64,000 nucleotides of DNA from contig OZ242383.1 in the NCBI GenBank assembly GCA_965209155.1, positions 1,568,001-1,632,000 of the forward strand, in the 5' to 3' direction. This DNA is from a bacterium (lineage in GTDB: Bacteria; SAR324; NAC60-12). This document shows positions 8,671 through 19,342 of the stretch, one piece after another (within the stretch, counting starts at the first letter, position 1; the number at the start of each line of letters is the position of its first letter). Position numbers and translations under genes: made by a program. Below the pieces are notes generated by a model. The model saw only the letters and a list, made by a program, of their open reading frames with translations. It did no database searches and had not been told where the DNA came from.

Positions 8671-9633
8671 ATGAGAGCCTATCTCATCCGGCGGATATTG
8701 TTGATCATTCCCACCCTGCTTCTTTTGACCATCCTGGTCTTTCTCTCGGTGCGCTTCCTCCCCGGAGATGTCGTAGACGCAATACTGGCTCGGATGATGA
8801 ATATATCAACGGTGGGGACGATTGACCGTGAAGCGCTCGAGCGTCAGCTGGGACTGGATGTGCCTGGCTACGTCCAGTATGCACGCTGGTTGGCCGGTAT
8901 TTTCCGGCATGGCAGCCTTGGCGAATCCCTGATGGGTCGAGGGGCGGTAGAGGAGCAGATAATCAACAGACTCCCAGTTACCCTCGAACTTGGCCTCCTG
9001 GCCATCGTGATTGGGTTGGTGATCGCCCTGCCGGTGGGTATCTATTCGGCGATTCGCCAGGATACCGCTGCCGACTATGCAGGGCGCTCCATCGCCATCC
9101 TCGGCTTGGCCACGCCGAACTTCTGGCTGGGAATCATGGTCATGGTCTACCCGGCCATCTGGTGGGGCTGGTCGCCCTCGATGGAGGTGATTCCTTTCAC
9201 CGAAGACCCGCTGGGCAATCTCGGGATGTTCTTCATTCCCAGCCTGATTCTGGGGACAGCCTCGTCTGCCGCCATCATGCGGTTGACGCGCACCATGATG
9301 CTGGAAGTGCTGCGGCAGGACTATATCCGCACCGCCTGGTCCAAGGGGCTCCGGGAGCGGGTCGTCATAATCCGGCACACCATCAAAAATGCCCTCATCC
9401 CGATCGTGTCCCTGGTCGGCCTGCAGTTGCCGATTCTGGTTGGCGGCTCCGTGATCATGGAAAACATCTTCAACCTGCCGGGATTAGGTCGTCTCTTGCT
9501 GAGTGCCCTCACTGACCGGGACTACCCGATGGTCTCCGGAGTCAACCTGTTTTTCGCCACCGTGGTGTTGGGGATCAATCTTCTGATCGATCTGCTTTAT
9601 GCGTATTTGGACCCGAGGGTGCGTTATGAGTAG
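8671..9633 (+). CDS. Peptide ABC transporter permease (DppB/OppB-like), copy 1
   Basis: LEVLRQDYIRTAWSKGL EAA loop; ends LDPRVRYE. Confidence 0.92.
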   Translation: MRAYLIRRILLIIPTLLLLTILVFLSVRFLPGDVVDAILARMMNISTVGTIDREALERQLGLDVPGYVQYARWLAGIFRHGSLGESLMGRGAVEEQIINRLPVTLELGLLAIVIGLVIALPVGIYSAIRQDTAADYAGRSIAILGLATPNFWLGIMVMVYPAIWWGWSPSMEVIPFTEDPLGNLGMFFIPSLILGTASSAAIMRLTRTMMLEVLRQDYIRTAWSKGLRERVVIIRHTIKNALIPIVSLVGLQLPILVGGSVIMENIFNLPGLGRLLLSALTDRDYPMVSGVNLFFATVVLGINLLIDLLYAYLDPRVRYE

Positions 9634-10567
9634 GACCAAGCGACGAGGTCGGCTGGCGGATTTCTTGATCAGGCTGGTCAAGGAGAAGCCCGTGGGGGTT
9701 CTCTGCGGGGTGATCATCCTGCTCTTGATTTTTGTGGCGATCTTCGCCGATGTTCTGGCGCCTTATGACCATTATAAAATGCACCTGCTAGACCGGTTGA
9801 AGGGCTCGTCCGCCCAGCACCTGCTGGGGACCGACCACCTGGGGCGAGACTTGTTGAGCCGCCTGATCTTCGGGGCTCGAATTTCGTTACTGGTCGGTCT
9901 GATCGCGACCACGATCAATGTGGTCGTCGCTGCCCTGATCGGCATCATTTCCGGATTTATCGGCGGGAAAGTGGACCTGGCGGTTCAGCGCTTTGTCGAT
10001 GCCTGGATGGCCTTTCCGGGGCTGCTGCTCTTGTTAACCATCATGTCCATCGTGGGACAGGGGCTGTTCCAGGTCATCGTGGTCCTGGGAATCACCGGAG
10101 GCATCGGCGGTTCCCGAGTCGTCCGCGGCGCCGTGATCGGCATTAAAGAAAATGACTATTTTCTGGCCGCCCGGGCCGTGGGCGTCCCCACGACCCAAAT
10201 CCTGGTCCGCCATGTGCTGCCCAATATTGCGCCTGTCCTCATTATCGTCTTCAGCATCAACATCGGGGCGGTCATCCTGTCCGAGGCGGCGCTGAGCTTC
10301 CTCGGATTCGGACTGCCCCCCGGTATTCCCAGCTGGGGAGGGATGCTCAGCCGGGAAGGACGGCAATACATGGAGTCCGGGCCCTGGCTGGCGCTCTGGC
10401 CAGGGCTTTTCCTGACGATTGTCGTCTACTCCCTCAACATGTTCGGCGACGCGGTCCGCGACCTGCTTGATCCGAGGCTCAGGGGCGGAGAGGGCAGTTA
10501 CGGCACCACGATGGTGAAACGCAAACGAGGCCTGCTTGCCCGGCTGATCTCCCCTTTCAACGGGTAA
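9626..10567 (+). CDS. Peptide ABC transporter permease (DppC/OppC-like), copy 1
   Basis: LLGTDHLGRDLLSRL, RHVLPNI, EAALSFLGFG, DLLDPR. Confidence 0.92.
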   Translation: MSRTKRRGRLADFLIRLVKEKPVGVLCGVIILLLIFVAIFADVLAPYDHYKMHLLDRLKGSSAQHLLGTDHLGRDLLSRLIFGARISLLVGLIATTINVVVAALIGIISGFIGGKVDLAVQRFVDAWMAFPGLLLLLTIMSIVGQGLFQVIVVLGITGGIGGSRVVRGAVIGIKENDYFLAARAVGVPTTQILVRHVLPNIAPVLIIVFSINIGAVILSEAALSFLGFGLPPGIPSWGGMLSREGRQYMESGPWLALWPGLFLTIVVYSLNMFGDAVRDLLDPRLRGGEGSYGTTMVKRKRGLLARLISPFNG

Positions 10568-10685
10568 AGGCGCAAAAAATTGTTAAGTTTCAGCAAAATG
10601 ACAATCTCTATGTGATGTGAAAATATGTCAGAATCGGGTAAGCTCCAGCTTCTTGTTCGGCCTTTTGCTCATTCTCTGTTTGGCT

Positions 10686-10721
10686 CAATTTTTCCTGAAC
10701 CCAGAGATTGAGTAGGGTCTC
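10686..10721 (-). pseudogene. Scrap resembling the C-terminus of a CopG-type antitoxin
   Basis: ETLLNLWVQEKL motif inside an otherwise unrecognisable ORF. Confidence 0.35.
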
Positions 10722-10791
10722 CTCTTCTCCTGCTTTGTGGCCGGCTTCTTTAAGTGGAAACTTTGGGCGATTTTCTAATACTTCAATGACT

Positions 10792-11619
10792 TCAGGAAAA
10801 ATATTGATACGCATTTTTAAAAAGCTGCAAACCTTCTCCTTCTTCTTTCTGATGTGACAAACGAGTCCAATGAGGATGGTTCGTGTAATGATGGTAAGCT
10901 TCTGGATGCGGCATGAGCCCCATCACGTTGCCTTTCGCATTGCACAGCGATGCGATTCCCCAGGGCGAACCATTCGGATTGTCGGGATAACGCTCGGTCG
11001 CTTCTCCTTCTGGCGTTACGTATTGCAGAGGAACCTGATTGCGCAACAGTAGTTGTTGCAGTAGCCCTTCGCGGTTGCCTTCAATGCGGCCTTCGCCATG
11101 ACGGACCGGTAAATATAATCGCTGGATGCCTTTGGTGTATACGCAAGGAGACGCGGAATTGACCTTCAAATGAACCCAGCGATTCTCGAATCGATGCCGG
11201 GTGTTACTGGTCAGTGAAACTTGCTGGTGGCAGACGATACGGCTTCCTTGCCGTGAAAGCGTTTCAGGCAGCAAACCGAGCTTGACGATCACTTGGAATC
11301 CGTTGCAGATACCAAGCACCAAATGGCCTTTTTCCACGAATGTCAACAATTGTTCCTGTAAGGGAAGACAGGACTTGCCGGATAAGCCGTATTTGAAACG
11401 ATTGGCTCCCACGCGACCGGCTCCCAGGTCGTCTCCATCCAGAAATCCGCCGATTAAAATCAGGAATTGATAGTCTTGCAATCGTATGATGCCACGCATG
11501 AGTTGAGAAGTGTGGACCACGTCGACTTCCCCTCTTCCCGCGAGGCGACAACAATATGCCGTTTCTTTCTCGCAATTGAGACCATAACCGGACAATATCA
11601 AGGTCTTCGGACGTGTCAT
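10792..11619 (-). CDS. purQ: FGAM synthase glutaminase subunit
   Basis: GYGLNCE, GGFLDGD, LGICNGFQ, NPNGS, GLMPHPE. Confidence 0.95.
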   Translation of the reverse strand: MTRPKTLILSGYGLNCEKETAYCCRLAGRGEVDVVHTSQLMRGIIRLQDYQFLILIGGFLDGDDLGAGRVGANRFKYGLSGKSCLPLQEQLLTFVEKGHLVLGICNGFQVIVKLGLLPETLSRQGSRIVCHQQVSLTSNTRHRFENRWVHLKVNSASPCVYTKGIQRLYLPVRHGEGRIEGNREGLLQQLLLRNQVPLQYVTPEGEATERYPDNPNGSPWGIASLCNAKGNVMGLMPHPEAYHHYTNHPHWTRLSHQKEEGEGLQLFKNAYQYFS

Positions 11620-11626
11620 GCATCCT

Positions 11627-14600
11627 TCATGTTTGTAAGGTAGTCTGCCAGCTTTCTTTCAGCGATGTAATCGAAGCCTGAATCAATACGGTTGATTTTT
11701 CCTGTAAGTTATCGGATTGCCTCCTTCCGCTTACCGGTCCGATTGAAACGACGAATTGCGGAGATTCCGTAACCTGTCCTAAGCAAAAGCAGTGCTGAGT
11801 GGCAAACGAGTTTTCGAAGGCATTACGATGTTGGGAAGCAACGGTTACAACAAAACGACTGGCGGATTCTGAAAATAGAAATTGGTCGGCGCGCAGACCT
11901 GTTTGCTCCAACGGATTACAAATATCGACCTGCATTCCCAATCCCCCGGCAAAAGAGGATTCTGCCAGGGCGACTGCCAGACCACCATCGGAACAATCGT
12001 GACAGGAGCGCAGCCATCCTGCTTCAATTGCCCGGTTCAATTTTATATAACGGGACCTGGCAGTTCTGCCATCCACTTTCGGGACATTTTTTCCCAGAAA
12101 CCCCAAGTGGTCGTAATATTCAGACCCTCCCAATTCATTTTTGGTTTCTCCCAGCAGATATATCCAATCCCCTGCTGTTTTGACATCCATGGTGACGGTT
12201 TTTCGCACGTCTTTGATTTTGCCCACGGTGGTGAAGAGGAATGTGGGAAGGATGGCTATATGCGTGTTGCCGAAACGATAATCATTCTTCATACTGTCTT
12301 TGCCTGAAATACAAGGCACGCCATAAAGGGTGGTGAAATCATAGAGAGCTTTGTTGGCACGTACCAACTGCGCCAGTTTGTGGGTACCATCCGCATTCGA
12401 TTCTGAGGCAATCGGATCGCACCAACAGAAATTATCCAATCCTGCCATCTGATCCAGACTACCGCCTACGGAGATGATATTGCGTACCGCTTCGTCGATA
12501 GCGCAGGCGGTCATATGGTAGGTATCGATATCACTGTAGCGTGGGCAGATTCCGTTGGCAATGGCCAGCCCTTCCATAGATTCCAAAACAGGGCGAATCA
12601 CTGCCGCGTCACTGGGTCCATCATTGTGAACACCAACCAAAGGTTTGATCACGCTACCTCCCTGGACTTCATGGTCATATTGTCGGATAACGCTTTCCTT
12701 GCTGCACACATTCAAACGGCCCAGCAGGGTGTGGAGGATCGCCGTCAGGTCGCTGGGAGGAGCAAAATCCGGTTCCTGGCAGTGTGGAGGATCCCAAATC
12801 GCTTCCAGCTTCATGGTGGGAACTCCCTCATGAAGAAAATCCATATCCAGCATGGCCACCGTTTTGTCTTGATAGGTCGCTTTCAATAATCCGCAGTCGT
12901 TGAATGTTCCCAGCGTGGTCGATTCCACGTTCATCGATTCAGACAAAACAAGAAATGACTCCAAATGTTCGGAAGGCACGGCAACCGTCATGCGTTCCTG
13001 AGCTTCTGAGATAAAAATTTCCCAAGGCTGCAAACCCGGGTACTTCAAGGGGGCTTTGTCCAGTTGCAAATGGAATCCATTGGAAAGTTGAGCCATTTCA
13101 CCCACCGAAGATGAAAGTCCACCTGCTCCATTGTCGGTAATGCAGCGATACAATCCGCGGTTCCGTGCTTCCAAAAGAAAATCAAACATACGGCGTTGCA
13201 CGATGGGATCGCCGATTTGTACAGCTGTAGCGGGTGAGCCTTCTTGTAATGCGTCGGAAGAGAAGGTGGCTCCGTGAATACCATCTTTGCCAATACGTCC
13301 TCCCACCATGACAATGACGTCTCCGGGGAGGACACGCTTCTGGTGTGACGGACTTCCCTTGACTTGAGCGGGTATCAAACCTCCCGAACCGCAAAAAACC
13401 AAAGGTCTGCCAAGAAAGCGTTCATGAAAAACAACGGCTCCGTTGATCGTGGGAATGCCACTTTTATTACCTCCGTGTTCAACACCAAGGCGGACGCCTT
13501 CAAATATCCGCCGGGGATGCAACAACCGGGCGGGCATTGGTTTGTCATAAAAAGGGGAGGCGAAACAAAAGACATTCGTGTTGAAGATTATTTCCGCCCC
13601 TGAACCGGTTCCCATGATATCCCGATTGACTCCCACGATGCCGGTTAAAGCGCCACCATAGGGATCCAAAGCGGAAGGAGAATTGTGGGTTTCCACTTTC
13701 ACGGCGACATGCCATTTTTCATTGAAGCGAATGATCCCCGCGTTATCAGAAAATACGGAAACGCACCAGTCTGTTTCGCCCAAGGATTCCCGGATTTGAG
13801 CAGTAGCGCCTTTCACATAGGTTTTGTAGAGTGAATCGATCGATTCGATCTCTCCTGTAGTGGAATCCGAATAATTGATAGTTGCATTGAAAATTTTATG
13901 TTTGCAGTGCTCAGACCAGGTTTGGGCCAGTACCTCGAGTTCGACATCTGTGGGATCTTCACTGATCCCCTCCTCGAGCCGGCGTTGACGAATGTGTGGT
14001 TGTTGAAAATAATGCAGAATCGTGTCGGCTTCTTCGAAACTCAAGGCCAACGTCCTTTGTCGACTCAATTCCAATAACGCGTCGGTAGATTTTAAAGCGA
14101 AACTCCGCACCCGGATGGGATCTGACAATTGAACCAAAGGCAGGGTGCGTAATGCTTCCCGGGAAGCTGCCCAGTCGGCTTTGGAAAGAATGATTGCATT
14201 TTCGATGAGTTCATTCATGAGAAATTGACGGGACAATGCTTCCAACTGCTGACGAGTGAACCTACCCTTAAAAAAATAACCTTTCACTGAATGGACATGG
14301 TGCCCTGGCGCAAAAGGCCGTTGGAGCCATAACTCAAAGGTTTCCTGCGCAGTTCGCCCAATATTGTCGGTTACTCCCGGACGAAAACCGATTTCCACAT
14401 ACCAATCGAAATCCAATTCGTCGCCGAAAAAAGTATCTACCCGACATTCATGTAACACCGGATCCGCTAAAACTGCCCGGCATAACTGCTCCGCATGCGA
14501 AGTGTCGATCGACGAAAAAAAAATAAATCCCGACAGAGTGCGAATTTCTTCGATGGATGGGAGGGTCAGCGGGAAGTTGAGTTGGGAAGCATCTTGAAGT

Positions 14601-14671
14601 TGCTTTTGTAATTTCAAACCTTGTGGATCTTTCAACTGCGGTTTGATGATCAATTCAATACGGTGGATCAT
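11627..14671 (-). CDS. purL: FGAM synthase PurL with N-terminal PurS-like extension
   Basis: AQTWSEHCKHKIF, KVETHNSPS, DNGAGGL, SEAQERM, ISGKDSM; GGAGGT before ATG 14671. Confidence 0.95.
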   Translation of the reverse strand: MIHRIELIIKPQLKDPQGLKLQKQLQDASQLNFPLTLPSIEEIRTLSGFIFFSSIDTSHAEQLCRAVLADPVLHECRVDTFFGDELDFDWYVEIGFRPGVTDNIGRTAQETFELWLQRPFAPGHHVHSVKGYFFKGRFTRQQLEALSRQFLMNELIENAIILSKADWAASREALRTLPLVQLSDPIRVRSFALKSTDALLELSRQRTLALSFEEADTILHYFQQPHIRQRRLEEGISEDPTDVELEVLAQTWSEHCKHKIFNATINYSDSTTGEIESIDSLYKTYVKGATAQIRESLGETDWCVSVFSDNAGIIRFNEKWHVAVKVETHNSPSALDPYGGALTGIVGVNRDIMGTGSGAEIIFNTNVFCFASPFYDKPMPARLLHPRRIFEGVRLGVEHGGNKSGIPTINGAVVFHERFLGRPLVFCGSGGLIPAQVKGSPSHQKRVLPGDVIVMVGGRIGKDGIHGATFSSDALQEGSPATAVQIGDPIVQRRMFDFLLEARNRGLYRCITDNGAGGLSSSVGEMAQLSNGFHLQLDKAPLKYPGLQPWEIFISEAQERMTVAVPSEHLESFLVLSESMNVESTTLGTFNDCGLLKATYQDKTVAMLDMDFLHEGVPTMKLEAIWDPPHCQEPDFAPPSDLTAILHTLLGRLNVCSKESVIRQYDHEVQGGSVIKPLVGVHNDGPSDAAVIRPVLESMEGLAIANGICPRYSDIDTYHMTACAIDEAVRNIISVGGSLDQMAGLDNFCWCDPIASESNADGTHKLAQLVRANKALYDFTTLYGVPCISGKDSMKNDYRFGNTHIAILPTFLFTTVGKIKDVRKTVTMDVKTAGDWIYLLGETKNELGGSEYYDHLGFLGKNVPKVDGRTARSRYIKLNRAIEAGWLRSCHDCSDGGLAVALAESSFAGGLGMQVDICNPLEQTGLRADQFLFSESASRFVVTVASQHRNAFENSFATQHCFCLGQVTESPQFVVSIGPVSGRRQSDNLQEKSTVLIQASITSLKESWQTTLQT

Positions 14672-14763
14672 ACCTCCCACATTATCGAGAGATTGAAAGC
14701 ATGGGAAAACTCTATCCTGGTGCTTAATTGCAAATGGCACAAAAAAGAAACACCTTCCCTCGT

Positions 14764-15165
14764 TCAATTAATATTTTTTGGAGGAGGCATGACTGTATGC
14801 CGGACATAAAGCGATTCAAATCGTCGGCGCAACCATTGTTTGAAATAAATTCGCGTTGCCGGAATGAGCAGCAGGAATCCGGCAAGATCCGTAAGAAAAC
14901 CGGGAGTAAGCAACACTATTCCTGCCACCACAATCAGTAACGCGTCGATTAAATCTCCAGCAGGCATTACCCCTTGCTGAAGTTGTTCACGAACCTTGAA
15001 CATGGTTTTCAGTCCTTGCGTTCGTGCCAAAGATGCACCCAAAATGCCGGTACCAATGACGATCAGGACTGTCGTCAACGCCCCGAAAACGGAACCCACT
15101 CGAATCAATAAATAGATTTCAACGACTGGTATGAGCGTGAAAGCCAGGACCAATTTCCAAAACAT
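14764..15165 (-). CDS. fxsA: FxsA family membrane protein
   Basis: IPVVEIYLLI...LLTPGFLTD. Confidence 0.9.
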   Translation of the reverse strand: MFWKLVLAFTLIPVVEIYLLIRVGSVFGALTTVLIVIGTGILGASLARTQGLKTMFKVREQLQQGVMPAGDLIDALLIVVAGIVLLTPGFLTDLAGFLLLIPATRIYFKQWLRRRFESLYVRHTVMPPPKNIN

Positions 15166-15353
15166 GAACCCCCCACAGGAAAACCAATAAATCAAAAGAT
15201 CCCACATTGAAAATATGACATGAATTGTTGCCATTCAACAGTTTAAAATGAAAAAGGTCTTTTTCTCATTTTTCAAATATTGTTTAAGTCAGAAAAATCT
15301 GGTAGCTTCAGCCTATAATAATGGACTCGAGTGACAGGGGAAAGGACAGTAGC

Positions 15354-16052
15354 ATGTCAGCTGATGCGGTTGTAATCATCCCTGCCGCAGGTCAGGGGAA
15401 GCGGATGGCCGCGGGCCAAAATAAGTTGTTTCAGCCCTTGGGCGCTCAAACCGTTATACAACACACTCTATCTCTTTTCTTAACCCATCCCCGGATTTCC
15501 CGGATTTATTTAGTAATAGCCAAACACGACAGAGATCGTCTTATGTCCTGGACTGAAGGAGAGAGACGCATCACATTGGTAGCAGGTGGAGCGAGACGTC
15601 AGGATTCAGTTTTCAATGCCCTGGAACGGATTCGACAAGAGCCGCTTCCACAATGGATCCTGGTTCATGATGGAGCCCGACCTTTATGTTCTCCTACATT
15701 GGTCGATAGAATTCTGGAAGAGTGCGCACGGACAAATGCGGCAATACCGGTGATTCCATTGACGGACACGATTCGACAATTTCAGCACTGTGGCAGCCAG
15801 GTATTGAATCGTTCCCGGCTTTTTGCCACACAGACCCCGCAGGGATTCAAGTCCCGGTTACTGATCGAAGCCTATCAAGCCCTGCAAAAGCAAGGATGGC
15901 AAACTACCGATGACGCTTCTATCGTGGAACTTTGGGGCCATTCCGTCTCCCCCGTGGAGGGGGATGCCGGCAATTTGAAGATCACGACGCAACGGGACCT
16001 GCAGTTCGCCGAATGCTGGTTGGATATGAAAACAAATTCTTCAGGGACTTGA
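15354..16052 (+). CDS. ispD: 2-C-methyl-D-erythritol 4-phosphate cytidylyltransferase
   Basis: IPAAGQGKRM, GGARRQDSV, LVHDGARP, QTPQGF, TDDAS, NLKITT. Confidence 0.93.
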   Translation: MSADAVVIIPAAGQGKRMAAGQNKLFQPLGAQTVIQHTLSLFLTHPRISRIYLVIAKHDRDRLMSWTEGERRITLVAGGARRQDSVFNALERIRQEPLPQWILVHDGARPLCSPTLVDRILEECARTNAAIPVIPLTDTIRQFQHCGSQVLNRSRLFATQTPQGFKSRLLIEAYQALQKQGWQTTDDASIVELWGHSVSPVEGDAGNLKITTQRDLQFAECWLDMKTNSSGT

Positions 16053-17279
16053 ATGAAGCGACTATGGCCGTTTGGGGTGATAGCCTTTCAAAAGGATGCC
16101 CTTCAGCCTTTTCTCTCTCACACCGGAATGATGCTCACCTATGATTTACTGCGCATTTTTATTTTTGTGGATTCCCAGTCCAGCCTTGAGCGAATCGACG
16201 GAATCATAGATTTTCTGGACGTGGAGGAGCCACTCGATTTGAAACAAGTGATGACGGTCTACAAAATAAAGCACACCCAAGTCGAGGAAACCCATAGTTA
16301 GGTGGAACAGAGACCACTGATTGTGCCTGACGAACGCCTTAACTGGTTGATTATTTATGCCGACCAGCAAAGGACGGAACGAATCTTGAATTTAATCAAC
16401 AAATTAGATCTTCCCACTGAGAAGGAAGTTGCTCGCAGCAAATTCAAGTTGTATTCACTGCAACATGCAGTGGCCAAAGAAGTCGCCATATTACTCAAAG
16501 AAGTAAATGGCAGCATATTCGACGTAGCCAAAAACGGAAAAGCAGCCAATCCGGCACTTGAATCGCCAGCCCATTCGAACTCGAGAAAAGATGGGCAAGT
16601 GGATGAGGACAATATTTCAGATCGAGCAACTAAAACCGAGCAAAATCAGGAAACAGCCGGTCAGATTTCCATCACAGCGGATGAAACAACCAATACCTTG
16701 CTTGTTTTCGGCCCGACTGAGATTTTTACCTCGCTGGATAACATTATAGAGCAGGTGGACATCCCCAGGGTTCAGGTATATATTGAAGCCCTGATCATGG
16801 AAACCAGTTTGAGTAAGAGCCTGGACTTCGGAGTCGAATGGACTGCGCGGACTTCGGGTGGGGACACATTAATCAGTGCGGGTATTCCAGACGCTGCACC
16901 TTTAACGGTTGAAGAGGCAATACAAAACTCAGGGACGAGCAGTATCGGGGTAGTGAGCGGGGGATCTTTGATATTTGAGGGGCAAACCTTTCTCAGTTTC
17001 GGCGCGTTTGTACGAGCGGTGCAGAATGATGCAGACATCAACATCCTGGCCCACCCACAATTGATGATGCTGAACAATGAAGAAGCCACCTTGAATGTTT
17101 CCCGCGTGGTTCCGGTAGCGACGAAGACGGTCGTTGATGCAAATGGAAGGGTAACGGATCAAATCAAATTTCGCGATGTAGGGGTGATTGCTACGATAAA
17201 AGGGATGTCCCTACGACAAAAATCATTTCGTGAGCTGCTGGAGGAAAAAGGATCGCCCCAAGAACAGTTCAATCGATGA
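16053..17279 (+). pseudogene. gspD: Type II secretion secretin (GspD-like), degraded
   Basis: Secretin_N-like repeats (PDERLNWLII, ADETTNTLLV), QVYIEALIME, FRDVGV; no signal peptide, in-frame TAG at 16299-16301, secretin domain truncated. Confidence 0.75.
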
Positions 17280-17328
17280 CATAAGGTGCTCCAGGAAGGA
17301 GCATCGCAAGCCCTCAAAGGACGAGCAT

Positions 17329-18159
17329 ATGGAAATGGTAAATGAGCAAGAAAATGGTCTCATATTTCCCAATCCCCACAATCCCCTGGAAATCAAGATT
17401 CCAATATTTGAAGGTCCGCTAGACCTATTGTTGCATTTGATTCGTAAAAAAGAGTTAGACATTCATGAATTAGCATTGGCAGATTTGACCAGTTCTTATT
17501 TGGCATATTTAGAGTTGATGGATTCGGTGAACCTGGATTATGCAGGTGAATTTCTGGAAACTGCCGCCACCTTGATCTGGATCAAATCAAAACATCTTTT
17601 GCCACAAACACCTAAGGAAGAACGGGAAGAGAAAGATCCGGAAGAGCAATTACGACGTCAACTCATTGAATATCAAACATTCAAGGAAGCAGCTTTTTTA
17701 CTAAGCAGTTTCGATATGCTGGGGCGTGATATTTTCAATCGCCCTGATCTGGAAACGCAAACTGAAGAGGAAACGACAGAGAGTCCCGATGTTTTTAAAG
17801 AGGTTTCTCTTTTTGGGCTCATGGAAGCATTCCGTCAGGTGATGGAGCGTCCTCGAAAAAATGTCCACGTGATCGAACAAGAAATTTATCGCACGGAAGA
17901 TCGTATTGAAGAGTTGATCCAACGGCTTCAACTCAAACCACGCTATCAGTTTGAGGAATTTTTTACTGACGATTGTTCCCTTGACGTATTGATCATTACC
18001 TTCATGGCCATCTTGGAGATGGTGCGACTGCGATTGATCCAGGTAGAACAAAGCTCCGCCTTTGCTCCGATTTATTGCTGTATTGGCGATGAATTTCCGC
18101 AGCAAGTGAATTTGTGGCATGAACTGCAACAACCACAACGCGCACAAATCGTTGCTTGA
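17329..18159 (+). CDS. scpA: Segregation and condensation protein A
   Basis: FEGPLDLLLHLIRKKELDI, AATLIWIKS, TFMAILEM. Confidence 0.92.
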   Translation: MEMVNEQENGLIFPNPHNPLEIKIPIFEGPLDLLLHLIRKKELDIHELALADLTSSYLAYLELMDSVNLDYAGEFLETAATLIWIKSKHLLPQTPKEEREEKDPEEQLRRQLIEYQTFKEAAFLLSSFDMLGRDIFNRPDLETQTEEETTESPDVFKEVSLFGLMEAFRQVMERPRKNVHVIEQEIYRTEDRIEELIQRLQLKPRYQFEEFFTDDCSLDVLIITFMAILEMVRLRLIQVEQSSAFAPIYCCIGDEFPQQVNLWHELQQPQRAQIVA

Positions 18160-18229
18160 GCAATGCGGTGGTTCCCGAAGAAAAAAATCCGAACACCATT
18201 CCTGTTATTTTCTTTTTCTAAAGATTGCT

Positions 18230-19342
18230 GTAACTATTTAGGTTACTTTAGATCCCCCATTGATTTAAGCACAGGTTTTGCATGGCATAGAGTCCAGAAA
18301 GGACTTTATGCTCTCGAAAGTTCAAAAGTATATTCATTCCATTTCATCGACTGCCCCCCTCGAGGCTCTTCAAGAAGCCTGTCAACTCTTTGAAAAAGAA
18401 CGGGAGCAATGGAAGCAAGAGCGATTAAAACTCCTCGAACGTCTCGAAATAGAAAATAAGCGTATTGAAGCTCTCGAAACAGAAAATAAGCAACTCCGGG
18501 ATCAGCTGGCTCTCAACAGCCAAAACTCAAGTAAGCCTCCTTCCAGCGATGCAATGCGCATCATTTACGTGAACTCACTCGGGCCTTTGAACAAGAAAAG
18601 GCCTTCTGGGCTCAGGAGATGAGCGACTTACTGCTAGAGATTAAAAAAGCAAGTAGACCAAGCCGAGCGAGATATTCGCATGGTTAAATTGAAACAGAAA
18701 ATCTCAGGCGGCTTCCGAACGGCTGAAGGATCACAGGCTTTTTGTACCATCCGAGGAGCTATTTCCATTACCAGAAAACAGGGAAAACCCATCTTCGAGA
18801 TGCTCACACAGGCTTTGTCTCTCCCGAATCCAGTCCGGGACAAGCTTTTACCTGCGCCTCCTTGTTACTGAAACTCCCCTTTTTAAAAACGTTTCGCCCC
18901 TTGCGGGCCAAACGTATTCCTGGCGAACATAGCATCGTCAATGCGATTTTGTATGTCGTGAAAACGGGTTGTCAGTGGAGCATGCTTGCCCATGATTTAC
19001 CTCCCTGGCAAAGCGTTTACGATCATTATCGCCATTGGAAAAAACACTGGATTGTGGAGTGAACCTTCGCTTTTTGGCTCATGATCGTAAAGAAGCGGAT
19101 CTCCCTGATTGATAGATTTTTAATTTTTTTTACGAATCCTGCATTTTTTTTATTTGGGGGTTGACATAATGCAAGTAGTAGTAGTGCTAAAACCATACCA
19201 TCACTAAGTTGTTTTAGTGAAAGAGAGGGTTCCCGATCGATGGAACAATATCGTGGGAGGACTTGAAAACAATCGGTCCTCTCCGGGAATCTTTTTTAAT
19301 GGTATTTAACTGAACGGGTTTTTCAGAGACCTGAATAGTTAC
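18230..19342 (+). mobile_element. Degraded IS66-family element with an internal IS5-family fragment
   Basis: Ends GTAACTATTTAG (18230) and CTGAATAGTTAC (19331-19342); transposase pieces LALNSQNSSKPPSSD and [15 protein letters not shown]; no TSD seen. Confidence 0.7.
18934..19062 (+). pseudogene. IS5-family transposase N-terminal fragment
   Basis: IVNAILYVVKTGCQWSMLAHDLPPWQSVYDHYRHW. Confidence 0.8.

Noticed and set aside
5528..8982. DGR template/variable repeat pair
   Set aside because: Mismatches are not adenine-specific in either copy and no reverse transcriptase is present
1968..16301. Amber recoding suggested by in-frame TAG in higB and gspD
   Set aside because: queA, cysE, clpS, clpA and infC terminate normally at TAG
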